Assembly (NCBI GenBank): GCA_038231435.1 | Contig: JBBRLJ010000010.1 | Location: forward strand, 32,001-96,000 | DNA: 64,000 nt | Direction: 5' to 3' | DNA from: Planctomycetota bacterium | Lineage (GTDB): Bacteria; Planctomycetota; UBA11346 | Shown here: positions 8,728 to 19,993 of the stretch, piece after piece | How the letters are laid out: every line of letters begins with the position of its first letter | Position numbering within the stretch: the first letter of the stretch is position 1 | Translations under genes and position numbers: made by a program | The notes under the pieces: model-generated | Told to the model about the DNA's origin: nothing | Databases searched by the model: none | Seen by the model: only the letters and a program-made list of their open reading frames with translations

Positions 8728-10083
8728 ATGGGCGAGTTCCTCGTCGGTCTGTCGGGTCTGCGCCTGCCGCCCATGGTGCGCGTCCGCCAGTCGTTTCCCG
8801 GGACGACCATCGCCGATGTCGCCGCCGCCGTGCGCGCCGAACTCGCGAAACCCACGATCGCCGCGTCGCTGCGTCCGGGCATGCGCGTCGCGGTGGCGGT
8901 CGGCAGCCGCGGCATCGCCGGACTGGCCACGATCGTGACCACCCTGGTCGCCGGGCTGGCCGCCCGCGGGGTGGGGGTCGTCATCATCCCGGCGATGGGG
9001 TCGCACGGCGGCGCCAGCGCCGACGGCCAGCGTGAGGTGCTCGCGCGCCTCGGCGTGACCGAGGTGGCCTGCGGCGCGCCGATCGTCTCGGGCATGGCCA
9101 CGACCAGCGTCGCCCAGCTGCGCTGGGATGGGACGGGGTACACGACCGAACCGGCATCCGCCGCGTCGACCGCGTCAACCGAGGGAGGCGCGCTACCGGT
9201 GCATGTAGCCGCTGACGCGTTGGCCGTGGACGCGGTCATCCCGGTGGTGCGCATCAAGCCCCACACCGGCTTCCGCGGCGACTACGAGAGCGGCATCTGC
9301 AAGATGCTGGCGATCGGACTCGGCAAGCACGCCGGCTGCTCACGGCTGCATCGCGAGGGCTATCCGCGCTTCGCCATGCTCATCCCCGCAGCCGCGCGTG
9401 CGGTGCTGGCCACCGGCAAGGTGGCATTCGCCTTGGCGGTGGTCGAGAACGCCCACGAACGCACCGCGCTGGTCGAGGCGGTGCCGGCCGCGCGCGTGAT
9501 GGCGCGCGAGCCGGAACTCCTGCGCGAGGCGCGGTTGCTCATGCCGCGGTTGCTCATGCCCGAGATCGACGTGCTGGTGGTCGAGCGCTTCGGCAAGGAC
9601 ATCAGCGGCGTGGGCATGGATCCCAACGTCACCGGCAGGGGGGAGCTCGGCGTGCCCGCGGATTTCCGCGGTCCGCGCATCGGCCGCATCGTGGTGCTGG
9701 CGCTGACCGAGGCTGCCGGCGGCAACGCCACCGGCATCGGCATGGCCGACGTGATCACCGAGCGTTTCCTCGCCGCCATCGACCGTGGTGCCACGGCCAC
9801 CAACGTGCTCACCAGCGGCAGCCTGGGCGGCGGCAAGATCCCGCTGGCGATACCGGGCGACGATCAGGCGATCCTCGCCGCGGCGAGCTGCGTGCCCGGA
9901 GTCGCCGCCGGCGAAGCGCGCATCGTGCGCGTTCGCGATACCCTGCACCTGTCCGAGATCGCGGTGTCCGAGAATCTCGTGGCCCAGGCCAGGACCATCG
10001 CCGGTATCACGGTCGGCGGAGCCTTCGCTGGTGATTGGGATCGGGACGGCGAGCATGGCGGCCCCGCGCGAGGGCCTTCATGA
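8728..10083 (+). CDS. LarA-superfamily (lactate racemase domain) nickel-pincer-dependent 2-hydroxyacid racemase/epimerase
   Basis: VAVAVGSRGI, IIPAMGSHGGA, RIKPHTGFRG.YESGICKMLAIGLGK, GKDISGVGMDPNVTGR, GNATGIGMAD: motifs of the LarA-like (DUF2088/DUF362-annotated) family. Confidence 0.75.
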   Translation: MGEFLVGLSGLRLPPMVRVRQSFPGTTIADVAAAVRAELAKPTIAASLRPGMRVAVAVGSRGIAGLATIVTTLVAGLAARGVGVVIIPAMGSHGGASADGQREVLARLGVTEVACGAPIVSGMATTSVAQLRWDGTGYTTEPASAASTASTEGGALPVHVAADALAVDAVIPVVRIKPHTGFRGDYESGICKMLAIGLGKHAGCSRLHREGYPRFAMLIPAAARAVLATGKVAFALAVVENAHERTALVEAVPAARVMAREPELLREARLLMPRLLMPEIDVLVVERFGKDISGVGMDPNVTGRGELGVPADFRGPRIGRIVVLALTEAAGGNATGIGMADVITERFLAAIDRGATATNVLTSGSLGGGKIPLAIPGDDQAILAAASCVPGVAAGEARIVRVRDTLHLSEIAVSENLVAQARTIAGITVGGAFAGDWDRDGEHGGPARGPS

Positions 10084-10799
10084 GAACCGCAGTCCTCATC
10101 CGTCTCGTGCTCGTGATGTCGCTGGCCAGCGTGACTGCCGCGCGCGCTGCGACCATCGTCTGCCTCGGCGACAGTCTCACCGCTGGCCGTGGGCTCGCGG
10201 AAGAAGAAGCCTTCCCGGCGCTCGTCGAGGCGTTGGCCAAGGCTGACGGCCACACGTGGACGGTGGTCAACGCCGGTATCTCCGGCGACTCCACCGCCGG
10301 CGGTCTGTCGCGCGTGGCCTGGGCCCTGAAGGCCAAGCCGGACTTGGTGCTGGTGGCGCTCGGCGGCAACGACGGCCTGCGCGGACTGCCGCTCGCCAAG
10401 ACCAGGGAGAACCTCGAGGCGATCGTCGACAAGCTCCGCGCCGGTGGCGCCACGGTCGCGATCGCGGGAATGATGCTGCCGGTGAACTACGGCGAGGACT
10501 ACCGCACCGGATTCGCCAAGCTGTTCCCAGAGGTGGCGGAGAGCCGCAAGGCGCCGTTGATGCCCTTCCTGCTCGAGGGCGTCGGCGGCAAGCCCGAGCT
10601 GAACCAGGCCGACGGCATCCATCCCACCGCCGAGGGCCAGCGGATCGTCGCCGCGCACGTCTACACGTTCCTCAAGCCGCTGCTGGACCCGCCGGCCACG
10701 GCCGCGGCCCCCAAGGCCCAGCCCGTGGTTCCCGTCGGCTCGCCGGATGCGAAGCATGCGGTGGAAGATGCGGTGAAGTCCCCGGAGCACGAGAAATGA
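10080..10799 (+). CDS. tesA: Exported arylesterase / acyl-CoA thioesterase I (TesA-like GDSL/SGNH)
   Basis: Signal peptide; LGDSLTAG, NAGISGDST, LGGNDGLRG, QADGIHP. ATG 10080 overlaps the upstream TGA (ATGA). Confidence 0.88.
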   Translation: MRTAVLIRLVLVMSLASVTAARAATIVCLGDSLTAGRGLAEEEAFPALVEALAKADGHTWTVVNAGISGDSTAGGLSRVAWALKAKPDLVLVALGGNDGLRGLPLAKTRENLEAIVDKLRAGGATVAIAGMMLPVNYGEDYRTGFAKLFPEVAESRKAPLMPFLLEGVGGKPELNQADGIHPTAEGQRIVAAHVYTFLKPLLDPPATAAAPKAQPVVPVGSPDAKHAVEDAVKSPEHEK

Positions 10800-11476
10800 C
10801 CGCCGTCCTCGAAGTCATCGGCCTGACCAAGCGCTACCCCGGCGGCGAGGGCGAGATCACCGTGCTCGCCGATGTGTCGTTCACCGTCGCGCGCGGCGAC
10901 AGCGTCGCCGTCACCGGGCCGTCGGGCAGCGGCAAGTCGACACTCCTCGGCCTGGTCGCGGGTCTCGACGCGCCGAGCGCCGGCTCGATCCGAGTCGAGG
11001 GACGCGACCTCGCCGCCATGGGCTCGCGCGAGCTCGCGACCTTTCGCGGCAGCCGCATGGGATTCGTGTTCCAGTCCTACCGCCTGCTGCCCACCCTGAC
11101 CGCCGAGGAGAACGTGCGCGTGCCGCTCGAGCTCCTGGGCGCGCGCGACGCCAAGGCGCGCGCGCGCGACTGGCTGGGCCGCGTCGGCCTGGCCGCGCGC
11201 GCGACGCACCTGCCATCGCGGTTGTCCGGCGGCGAACAGCAGCGCGTCGCCCTGGCGCGGGCGCTGGCGCCGTCGCCGGCGCTCCTGTTCGCGGACGAAC
11301 CGACCGGCAATCTCGACAGCCGTACCGGCGCCGAGATGGCGGAGCTGTTGTTCTCGCTGGTGCGCGACCAGGGCTCGACCCTGGTGCTGGTGACGCACGA
11401 ACAGCCGTTGGCGGCACGCGCCGCGCGACGCATCCAGCTGCAGGATGGACGCGTCCAGACCGCCGCCGCGACATGA
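10796..11476 (+). CDS. ybbA: ABC transporter ATP-binding protein (YbbA/LolD-like)
   Basis: GPSGSGKST, GFVFQSY, LSGGEQQRVALARA, LLFADEPTGNLD, VTH; ATGA overlap with tesA. Confidence 0.9.
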   Translation: MTAVLEVIGLTKRYPGGEGEITVLADVSFTVARGDSVAVTGPSGSGKSTLLGLVAGLDAPSAGSIRVEGRDLAAMGSRELATFRGSRMGFVFQSYRLLPTLTAEENVRVPLELLGARDAKARARDWLGRVGLAARATHLPSRLSGGEQQRVALARALAPSPALLFADEPTGNLDSRTGAEMAELLFSLVRDQGSTLVLVTHEQPLAARAARRIQLQDGRVQTAAAT

Positions 11477-14130
11477 GCGGACGGGACGATGCGCATGCCG
11501 TCAGAGCGGCGGGGCCAACGGCACCGCGCCGTTCGGCGGGTTTCACCATCCGCCTGGCCTGGTGGCTCTCGCGCGGACAGGCCGGGCGCATCTGGCTGCT
11601 GATCGCCTGCATCGCCATCGGCATCGCCGCGCGCGTCTGCGTGGGCTCGGTCTCGGGCATGCTCGACCGCGCGCTCGCGCGCGAGGCGCGTCCGCTGCTC
11701 GGGGCGGATGTCGAGGCCCGCTCGAACACGCCGTTCGATGATCAGCACCGCCGTGATGTCGAGGAAGCCGCGCCGCACGGCGCGCGCATCATCCCCCAAG
11801 TGGGGATGGTGACGATGGCCGCGGCTCTGGGCGCTTCCAGCGGCGAGGCGGGCGGCACCTCGGTGGGAGGACGATCGCGCACCATCGAGCTGCGCGCGGT
11901 CTCACCCGGCTATCCGCTCTATGGGGTCACGCGCATCGATACTGGTTCCGGCCATGAGCTCGATGGCGTGCGAGGCCTGTTCGATGACGTGCCAGTCGCC
12001 TACGTGCAGCGCGAGCTGCTCTCCGCGCTCGGCATCGCCATCGGCGACCGCCTCAAGATCGGCCGCGTCGAGTTCACCATCGGCGGTGCACTGGCCGAGG
12101 ATCCCGGCATGGGCACGAATCCGTTCGCGCTCGGGCCGCGCGTGCTGATCGCCGCCGACCGCCTGGAGGCGACCGGCCTCACCGCCAAGGGCTCGCGCGC
12201 GCTGTGGTCGCTGCTGGTCGCCACTACGGATCCTGAGGACGGCGAAGCCGCCGCGCGCGAGCTGCGCGCGCGCTGGAAGCTCGCGGAGCGGTCGCCCACT
12301 GGTCTCGGCGGACGCGCCGAGACCAGCTCGGGCATGTTGGTGCGCACCGCTCGCCAGGCGCAGGAGTCGGTGAGCCGGGTGTTCGATCGCCTGGGATCGT
12401 TCCTGCGCCTGGTGTCGTTGACCGCGCTGCTCCTGGGCGGCGTCGGCGTCGCCAGCATGGTGCGCGCCTTCGTGGCCGAGCGCCTCGACGCGGTCGCCAC
12501 GCTGCAGGTGCTGGGCGCCTCGCCCGGCCGCGTGTCGCTGGTGTTCCTGATCCAGGCGCTGGGCGTGGGACTGTGCGGCGGGGTGCTGGGCGCGGCGGCA
12601 GGCTGCGCGATCCAGAACGCGCTATCGTACCTGCTCATACCGTACCTGCCGGTCGCGCTGGGATACGGCGTCGACTTCGCGGCGGTGGCATGGGGAGTGG
12701 CGCTCGGAGCCCTGACCGCCGGCGCGTTCGCGCTCATGCCGCTGGTGGAGATCCGCCGCCTCTCGCCGCTGGCGGTGATGCGCGGCGACGGCGTGCCGCG
12801 CGGCGGATGGCTCGCCGGAATCGCGGTCACGGCGGTGGTGCTCGGACTGTTCGCGGTGGTGGCGGGTCTGGAAGCGCGTTCGTGGGTGATCGGGCCGAGC
12901 TTCATTGCGGCCCTGGCCGCCGGTGGACTGACGCTGATGGCGTGCGCGCGCGTGCTGTTGCCGCTGATCGCGCGGTTGCGGCTGCCGCTGCTCGGATTCG
13001 GTGTCCGCCATGGGCTCGGCAACCTCTCGCGCGCGGGCTTCAGGCCGGGATCGGCGGTGGTCGCCATCGGCCTGTCGGCGCTGCTGTTCGGCTCGATGAT
13101 GATCCACCAGGCGAGCCTCACCCACGAGTTCGATCCGGGCGGGCAGACCGACCTGCCGAGCCTGTTCGCGATCGACCTGCAGCGCGACCAGGTCGACGAT
13201 TTCCGCGCCATGCTGAAGTCCGAGGCCGGCGTCGATCACTGTGCGATGAGTCCGCTGGTGCACGGGCGATACCGCGGCCTCAATGGCGCGCCGCCGAAGC
13301 CACAGGAGCGCGGCAAGGGCTTCCGCGACCGCGAGCAGAACCTCAGCTGGCGCGAGGAACTCGGCCCGGACGAGAAGATCATCGCGGGAACGTGGATGAG
13401 CAACGATCCGAAGCACGTGGAGGCGTCGCTGCACGAATGGTTCGCGCGCGAGATCGGCGCCAAGATCGGCGACACCATCGCCTTCGATATCCAGAACGTG
13501 CCCGTCGAGGCCACCGTCACCAGCATCCGCTCGGTGCACTTCCTGGGCATGAAGCCGAATTTCATGATCCTGCTCAGCCCGTGCGCGCTGGTCGACGCGC
13601 CGCAGACGTGGGTGGCGGCGATCCCACCGCTGTCGCCCGAGCTACGATCGCGCGTCCAGGCGGCGATCGCCGCGTCCTTCCCGAACGTCATCGCCTTCGA
13701 CATCTCGGAAGCCGGCGCGCGCATCCGCATGATCGTCGATCGCGCCTCGGTGGCGGTACGCTTCATGGGCTGGTTCTGCCTGATCGCTGGCCTGGTGGTG
13801 CTGCTCGGCATCGGCCTGTCGACGGCGCGCGAGCGTCAGCTGGACGCGGCGCTCCTGAAAGTGCTGGGCGGACGCAACCGCACCCTGGCGAGCTCGCTCG
13901 CCTGCGAATTCGGCGCGCTCGGGCTGGTCGGCGCCGGGCTCGGGCTCGGCATGGCGCTGCTCTTCGGCTGGATCCTGGTGGACAAGCTGCTCGACATCCG
14001 CCTGGTGGTGCCGTGGGGATGGATCGGCGCATTGCTGGTCGGCATCGTCGTGCTCAGCGCCCTGGCCGGCCTGGCCGCGTGCCGACGCGTGTTCACCGCG
14101 AGGCCGCTCGCCGTCTTGCGCGATGCGTGA
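11473..14130 (+). CDS. ybbP: ABC transporter permease (YbbP-like, two FtsX-type halves)
   Basis: IACIAIGIAA, ARPLLGADV, ELRAVSPGYPLYG, LLLGGVGVA, PSLFAIDLQRDQ, many TM helices; follows the YbbA-like ATPase. Confidence 0.85.
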   Translation: MSGRDDAHAVRAAGPTAPRRSAGFTIRLAWWLSRGQAGRIWLLIACIAIGIAARVCVGSVSGMLDRALAREARPLLGADVEARSNTPFDDQHRRDVEEAAPHGARIIPQVGMVTMAAALGASSGEAGGTSVGGRSRTIELRAVSPGYPLYGVTRIDTGSGHELDGVRGLFDDVPVAYVQRELLSALGIAIGDRLKIGRVEFTIGGALAEDPGMGTNPFALGPRVLIAADRLEATGLTAKGSRALWSLLVATTDPEDGEAAARELRARWKLAERSPTGLGGRAETSSGMLVRTARQAQESVSRVFDRLGSFLRLVSLTALLLGGVGVASMVRAFVAERLDAVATLQVLGASPGRVSLVFLIQALGVGLCGGVLGAAAGCAIQNALSYLLIPYLPVALGYGVDFAAVAWGVALGALTAGAFALMPLVEIRRLSPLAVMRGDGVPRGGWLAGIAVTAVVLGLFAVVAGLEARSWVIGPSFIAALAAGGLTLMACARVLLPLIARLRLPLLGFGVRHGLGNLSRAGFRPGSAVVAIGLSALLFGSMMIHQASLTHEFDPGGQTDLPSLFAIDLQRDQVDDFRAMLKSEAGVDHCAMSPLVHGRYRGLNGAPPKPQERGKGFRDREQNLSWREELGPDEKIIAGTWMSNDPKHVEASLHEWFAREIGAKIGDTIAFDIQNVPVEATVTSIRSVHFLGMKPNFMILLSPCALVDAPQTWVAAIPPLSPELRSRVQAAIAASFPNVIAFDISEAGARIRMIVDRASVAVRFMGWFCLIAGLVVLLGIGLSTARERQLDAALLKVLGGRNRTLASSLACEFGALGLVGAGLGLGMALLFGWILVDKLLDIRLVVPWGWIGALLVGIVVLSALAGLAACRRVFTARPLAVLRDA

Positions 14131-14166
14131 TCGAGTGCGGCATCGGGGGCGTGCCCGCGATGGTGC

Positions 14167-15168
14167 CTAGCGCGTCTGCTGCTGGGGCGGCGGGGTGCCG
14201 AACACGCGCTGCGCGAGCGAACCGAACATGGTGGTCCGGCGCGAGGAGCGGTTGCTGGCCGAGGCGAAATGGGGCGCCTGGCCCTGCAGCACGTTCTTGC
14301 AGTCCGCCATCATCTGATCGGTGTTCTGATAGCGCTCGCTGGGCTTCATCGCCATGGCGTGGGTGATGATGTTCGCCAGGTTCTGATCGAGCGCCGGCGT
14401 GCGCTCGATCGGCGACGGCGGGTGCGAGGACTCGAGGATCTGGCGCATGATGTCCTCGGGACGATCACCCATGAAAGGGGGCACGCCGGTCACCGCATGA
14501 TAGATGGTCGCGCCGAGTGCGTAGATATCGGTGCGCTCGTCGAGGTCGTCTCCGCGGATCTGCTCGGGCGCGAGGTAGCTCGGGGTGCCGGCGATGGTGC
14601 CGGCGGGCGGCTTCTTGTCCTTGGCGATCGCCAGGCCGAAGTCGGAAATGAAGACGCGCCAGTCGGATTCGATCAGCAGGTTCAGCGGCTTGATGTCGCG
14701 GTGCAGGAATCCGGCGGCGTGGATGGCCTTGAGGCCCGAGGCGCAATCGTGCGCGAGGTGCAGCGCGATGTCCTCCTTGATCGGGCCGTGGCTGGTGATC
14801 CAGGTCGCCAGGTCGCCACCGCCGACCATGCGCATGGCGATGAATGGGCAGTGGCCGACGGTGCCGGCGTCGAACACAGGCAGCACGTTCGGGTGATCGA
14901 TCTGGCCGAGGATGCGCGCATCGCGCATGAAGGTGTCCATCAGCGCCAGGCGGAAGCCTTCCTTGGCCGCGTACTTGGGGCTGACGGTCTTGAGCGCGAC
15001 GATGCGCTTGATGACGTTGTGCTCGGCCTCGATGACCACGCCCATGCCGCCCTCGGCGATGATGCGCAGCAGGGTGTAGGCGCCGAACAGCTTGCCGGCC
15101 TGGTAGGGCTTCTCATCCGCGCTGGGCGGCTGGGGAGGGGGCGGCGGCGGTGGACCCGACTGTGCCAT
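14167..15168 (-). CDS. Cytoplasmic Hanks-type Ser/Thr protein kinase
   Basis: IAEGGMGVV, VALK, HPNVL, HRDIKPLNLL, DFGLA, GTPSYLAPEQ, DIYALG; Pro-rich N-terminus; no TM segment. Confidence 0.92.
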   Translation of the reverse strand: MAQSGPPPPPPPQPPSADEKPYQAGKLFGAYTLLRIIAEGGMGVVIEAEHNVIKRIVALKTVSPKYAAKEGFRLALMDTFMRDARILGQIDHPNVLPVFDAGTVGHCPFIAMRMVGGGDLATWITSHGPIKEDIALHLAHDCASGLKAIHAAGFLHRDIKPLNLLIESDWRVFISDFGLAIAKDKKPPAGTIAGTPSYLAPEQIRGDDLDERTDIYALGATIYHAVTGVPPFMGDRPEDIMRQILESSHPPSPIERTPALDQNLANIITHAMAMKPSERYQNTDQMMADCKNVLQGQAPHFASASNRSSRRTTMFGSLAQRVFGTPPPQQQTR

Positions 15169-15535
15169 GCTGCGTTTCTCGCTCCCGTACGGCCCACAGG
15201 CCTCTAAATGTCCGAATCAACAACCGTCGATCGTCCGCGACGATCCTGCCAGCCGGAACCGGTGCTGAGTCTCAGCGAGTATAGACCCTAATCCCCCCAT
15301 TCACAATGGCAGCGTTCGTTACTTAAGAAACCGACCGCCCATGGCGGAAGTGCCCCAGTCAGCGGTGCTCACAGGCTAGGGCAGGGCTTGGACGGATGCC
15401 GGGCGATGACCGAGCCCCGCGATTTGGAGCCTCATTCCTGGAATTCAGGGGGGTGAAACCACCAATCGGACAAGAAACCAAGCCTTTCTTAGCACCCACC
15501 ACGCCTGGGGTACGTGCTCGGATGACACTACCATT

Positions 15536-15571
15536 AAAAGAGGCTCCGTCCCGTTTAATGGGAGGAGCCTC
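15536..15571 (-). terminator. Intrinsic terminator on the minus strand
   Basis: GAGGCTCC(15540-15547) pairs with GGAGCCTC(15564-15571) with an inner TCCC/GGGA extension; followed by TTTT on the minus strand. Confidence 0.65.
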
Positions 15572-15738
15572 GAGTCGCTCGCGTGCGTCGCGAGACCGGG
15601 TCTAGGTCCGGCCCGCTCGCACGCAGGGGCGGATCAGTCCCGGACAAACCTGATTATACCCGCATCATCCCGGAGCGCGCGCCTTCCATGCGGTTGTTCT
15701 ACAACGAGCTGGGAGAGAGCGACCCAGGAGATGCGCCA

Positions 15739-16440
15739 TCAGCCATCCAGGGCGCCCGGAGCTCTGGCCGTGACGCGGGCGCGGGGTAGTGGTGGAACCG
15801 TGAGTTCCGACCAGGCGGGATGCGCGCCCAGGAGATCGAGTGCCCGGCGAAGCAGCCCGCGCCCCGGCTCGCGCTTGAACCAGGTCGATGCTCCGGATGG
15901 ATGGGGGAGCGGGATGACCTCGCAGTCGTGACCGAAGGCGCAGACCCGGTAGCTCTGGCCGATGATCTCGGCGAGCGGCGCCGGGGGCATGAAGCGTTCG
16001 ATCGCCAAGCGTCCTACCGGCACGATCAGGCGTGGGCGCAGGATGCCGATCTCGCGCCGCATCCAGCCGCTGCACGCCTCGATCTCGTCGACGCCCGGCA
16101 CCCGGTCGCCGCCGCCATTCGCCTTGCCGGGAAAGCAGCGGCACACCGCTGCGATGTAGGCGCGCGAGCGGAATGCCTCCTCGTCGACGCCGATGCTCGC
16201 GAACCAGGCGAAGAGCGTGCGGCCGGCCGTCCACGCGAACGGTCGGCCGAGCGCTCCTTCGCGTGGTCCTGGCGCCTGGCCGACCAGGTACACTCGCGCC
16301 GCGACAGCGCGCGGTGTAATCACCGGACCGATCATGCCAGGGCATCGCGCGCAGGACTTCAGCTCGGCGAGATGGTGCTCGAGCCGGGCGATGTCCGACG
16401 CAGGACGGCTGGCCACGCTCGGGCGGGTGGCGCGGGGCAT
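15739..16440 (-). CDS. Uracil-DNA glycosylase superfamily protein (family 4/5-like, probable Fe-S cluster)
   Basis: CxxC near the N-terminus, LVGQAPGPRE, GRPF..AGRTL, VCRCFPG, EIEAC, PLPHPSG. Confidence 0.85.
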   Translation of the reverse strand: MPRATRPSVASRPASDIARLEHHLAELKSCARCPGMIGPVITPRAVAARVYLVGQAPGPREGALGRPFAWTAGRTLFAWFASIGVDEEAFRSRAYIAAVCRCFPGKANGGGDRVPGVDEIEACSGWMRREIGILRPRLIVPVGRLAIERFMPPAPLAEIIGQSYRVCAFGHDCEVIPLPHPSGASTWFKREPGRGLLRRALDLLGAHPAWSELTVPPLPRARVTARAPGALDG

Positions 16441-16590
16441 GGCCGTTCAGTCTACGCGCGGCCGTCTGAGGCGCCATCAATCTGGGGAGGAAGCGAGCCT
16501 CGCTCGGCCGCCCATCCTTGCCTTGGCGTCGTGCTCGCGGTGGCGATTGCGGGGTTCGTCCCCCGGCGCATCCTCCCCCGCGGGGGACCC

Positions 16591-18609
<2,019 letters not shown>

Positions 18610-18626
18610 GTCTCAGGCTTCGGGCC

Positions 18627-19070
18627 TCACGGCTTGGCGGGCTCGGCCGCGGGGTCGGCTTTCGCTTCGGAGCCTGTGATCTCGCCGGTGAGCGAGCACG
18701 TCACCACGTAGGATTTGCCGCTGGCGCGGAACTCGGCCTTGAAGGCCTGGTCCTTGGCGTCGGTCGAGGTCTGCGAGGTCTGGAAGTATTTGAAGCCCTT
18801 GACCTCGTTGTCGCCAACGAGCTTCTCGCATTCGGCGATCAGCGCCTTCTTCACCTCGCCGGAGCCGTCGCGGACATCGCACTCGCGCCACTCGATCTTG
18901 GCGGGGGCGGCGTCCTTCGCTGGCGCGGGCGCGGACTTGGCCTCCGTCGCGTCCTTCGCGGGGGCCGGCTTGGCGTCCTCGGCGAACACCGGCGTGCCGG
19001 CGGCGGCCAGCAGCAGGGCGAAGACGGCGATGCGCTCGGTGATGCGCGTGATGGTTGGATAGCCGGGCAT
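18627..19070 (-). CDS. Small exported hypothetical protein
   Basis: GGAGGT RBS before ATG 19070; signal peptide ending VFA-E; AKDAAPA linker; small domain with three Cys. Confidence 0.65.
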   Translation of the reverse strand: MPGYPTITRITERIAVFALLLAAAGTPVFAEDAKPAPAKDATEAKSAPAPAKDAAPAKIEWRECDVRDGSGEVKKALIAECEKLVGDNEVKGFKYFQTSQTSTDAKDQAFKAEFRASGKSYVVTCSLTGEITGSEAKADPAAEPAKP

Positions 19071-19207
19071 GGGGAACCTCCACCGGAATGGTGCCCAGGG
19101 CCCGCCGCGAAGACCATGGTTATCCACGCTCCGGTCGCTGGCGGTTCCGCCGGTGTCGCTCACGCAGGTCGCTTGCGCTGCGCAGCCCGAGCGCGACAAG
19201 CGCGGTC

Positions 19208-19993
19208 ATGAAGCGCGCGGATGGACGGACGGAGTCGGCTCGAGGCGTAGGACCGGGCACGGGCGAAGCGCAGGGCGAGCTCATCGCGGCCGCGCGCGCC
19301 CTCGCGGCCGAGCTCGCGCCCCTGCGCTTCGCTGATCCGGTCCGGCACGTCTACAATCCCCTGATCTACGCCGCGCGCCTGCACGAGGCCTATCTCGCGC
19401 GCTATGGAACGGGAACCAAGCGCGTGGTCTTCCTGGGCATGAATCCTGGCCCCTTCGGTATGGCCCAGACAGGGGTGCCGTTCGGCGAGGTCGCGGCAGT
19501 GCGCGATTGGCTGAAGCTCGAGGGCACCGTCGACCGCCCGCCGGGAGAGCATCCCAAGCGCCCGGTGGTCGGGTTGGCGTGCACGCGCAGCGAGGTCAGT
19601 GGCCAGCGCCTGTGGGGCAGCTTCGCCGCGCGCTTCGGGACCGCCGCGCGCTTTTTCACCGAGCATTTCGTCGCCAACTACTGCCCGCTGGTATTCATGG
19701 AGGAGAGCGGCCGGAACCGCACGCCCGACAAGCTCGCGCCGGCGGAGCGCGAGGCCGTGTACCGCGCCTGCGATCGGCATCTCGTCCGCACCATCGTAGC
19801 GATGCAACCCGAATGGGTGGTGGGCGTGGGCCGGTTCGCCGAGCAGCGCGCGCTCGAGGCGTTGGCCGGCATGCCGGTGCGCATCGGTCACGTCCTGCAT
19901 CCCTCGCCCGCGAGCCCACGCGCGAACAAGAACTGGGCGCTCGAGGCCGAGCGCGACCTGGTGCGCCAGGAGATCTGGCGTAACGCGGGTTAG
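19208..19993 (+). CDS. SMUG1-type (family 3) single-strand selective uracil-DNA glycosylase
   Basis: VYNPL.YA, FLGMNPGPFGMAQTGVPFGEV, RSEVSGQRLW, FVANYCPL, NRTPDKL, LHPSPASPRAN. Confidence 0.92.
   Translation: MKRADGRTESARGVGPGTGEAQGELIAAARALAAELAPLRFADPVRHVYNPLIYAARLHEAYLARYGTGTKRVVFLGMNPGPFGMAQTGVPFGEVAAVRDWLKLEGTVDRPPGEHPKRPVVGLACTRSEVSGQRLWGSFAARFGTAARFFTEHFVANYCPLVFMEESGRNRTPDKLAPAEREAVYRACDRHLVRTIVAMQPEWVVGVGRFAEQRALEALAGMPVRIGHVLHPSPASPRANKNWALEAERDLVRQEIWRNAG

Noticed and set aside
15820..16590. Long N-terminal extension of the ABC exporter ORF
   Set aside because: Antisense to the UDG gene with no protein-like features; ATG 16591 is the plausible start.
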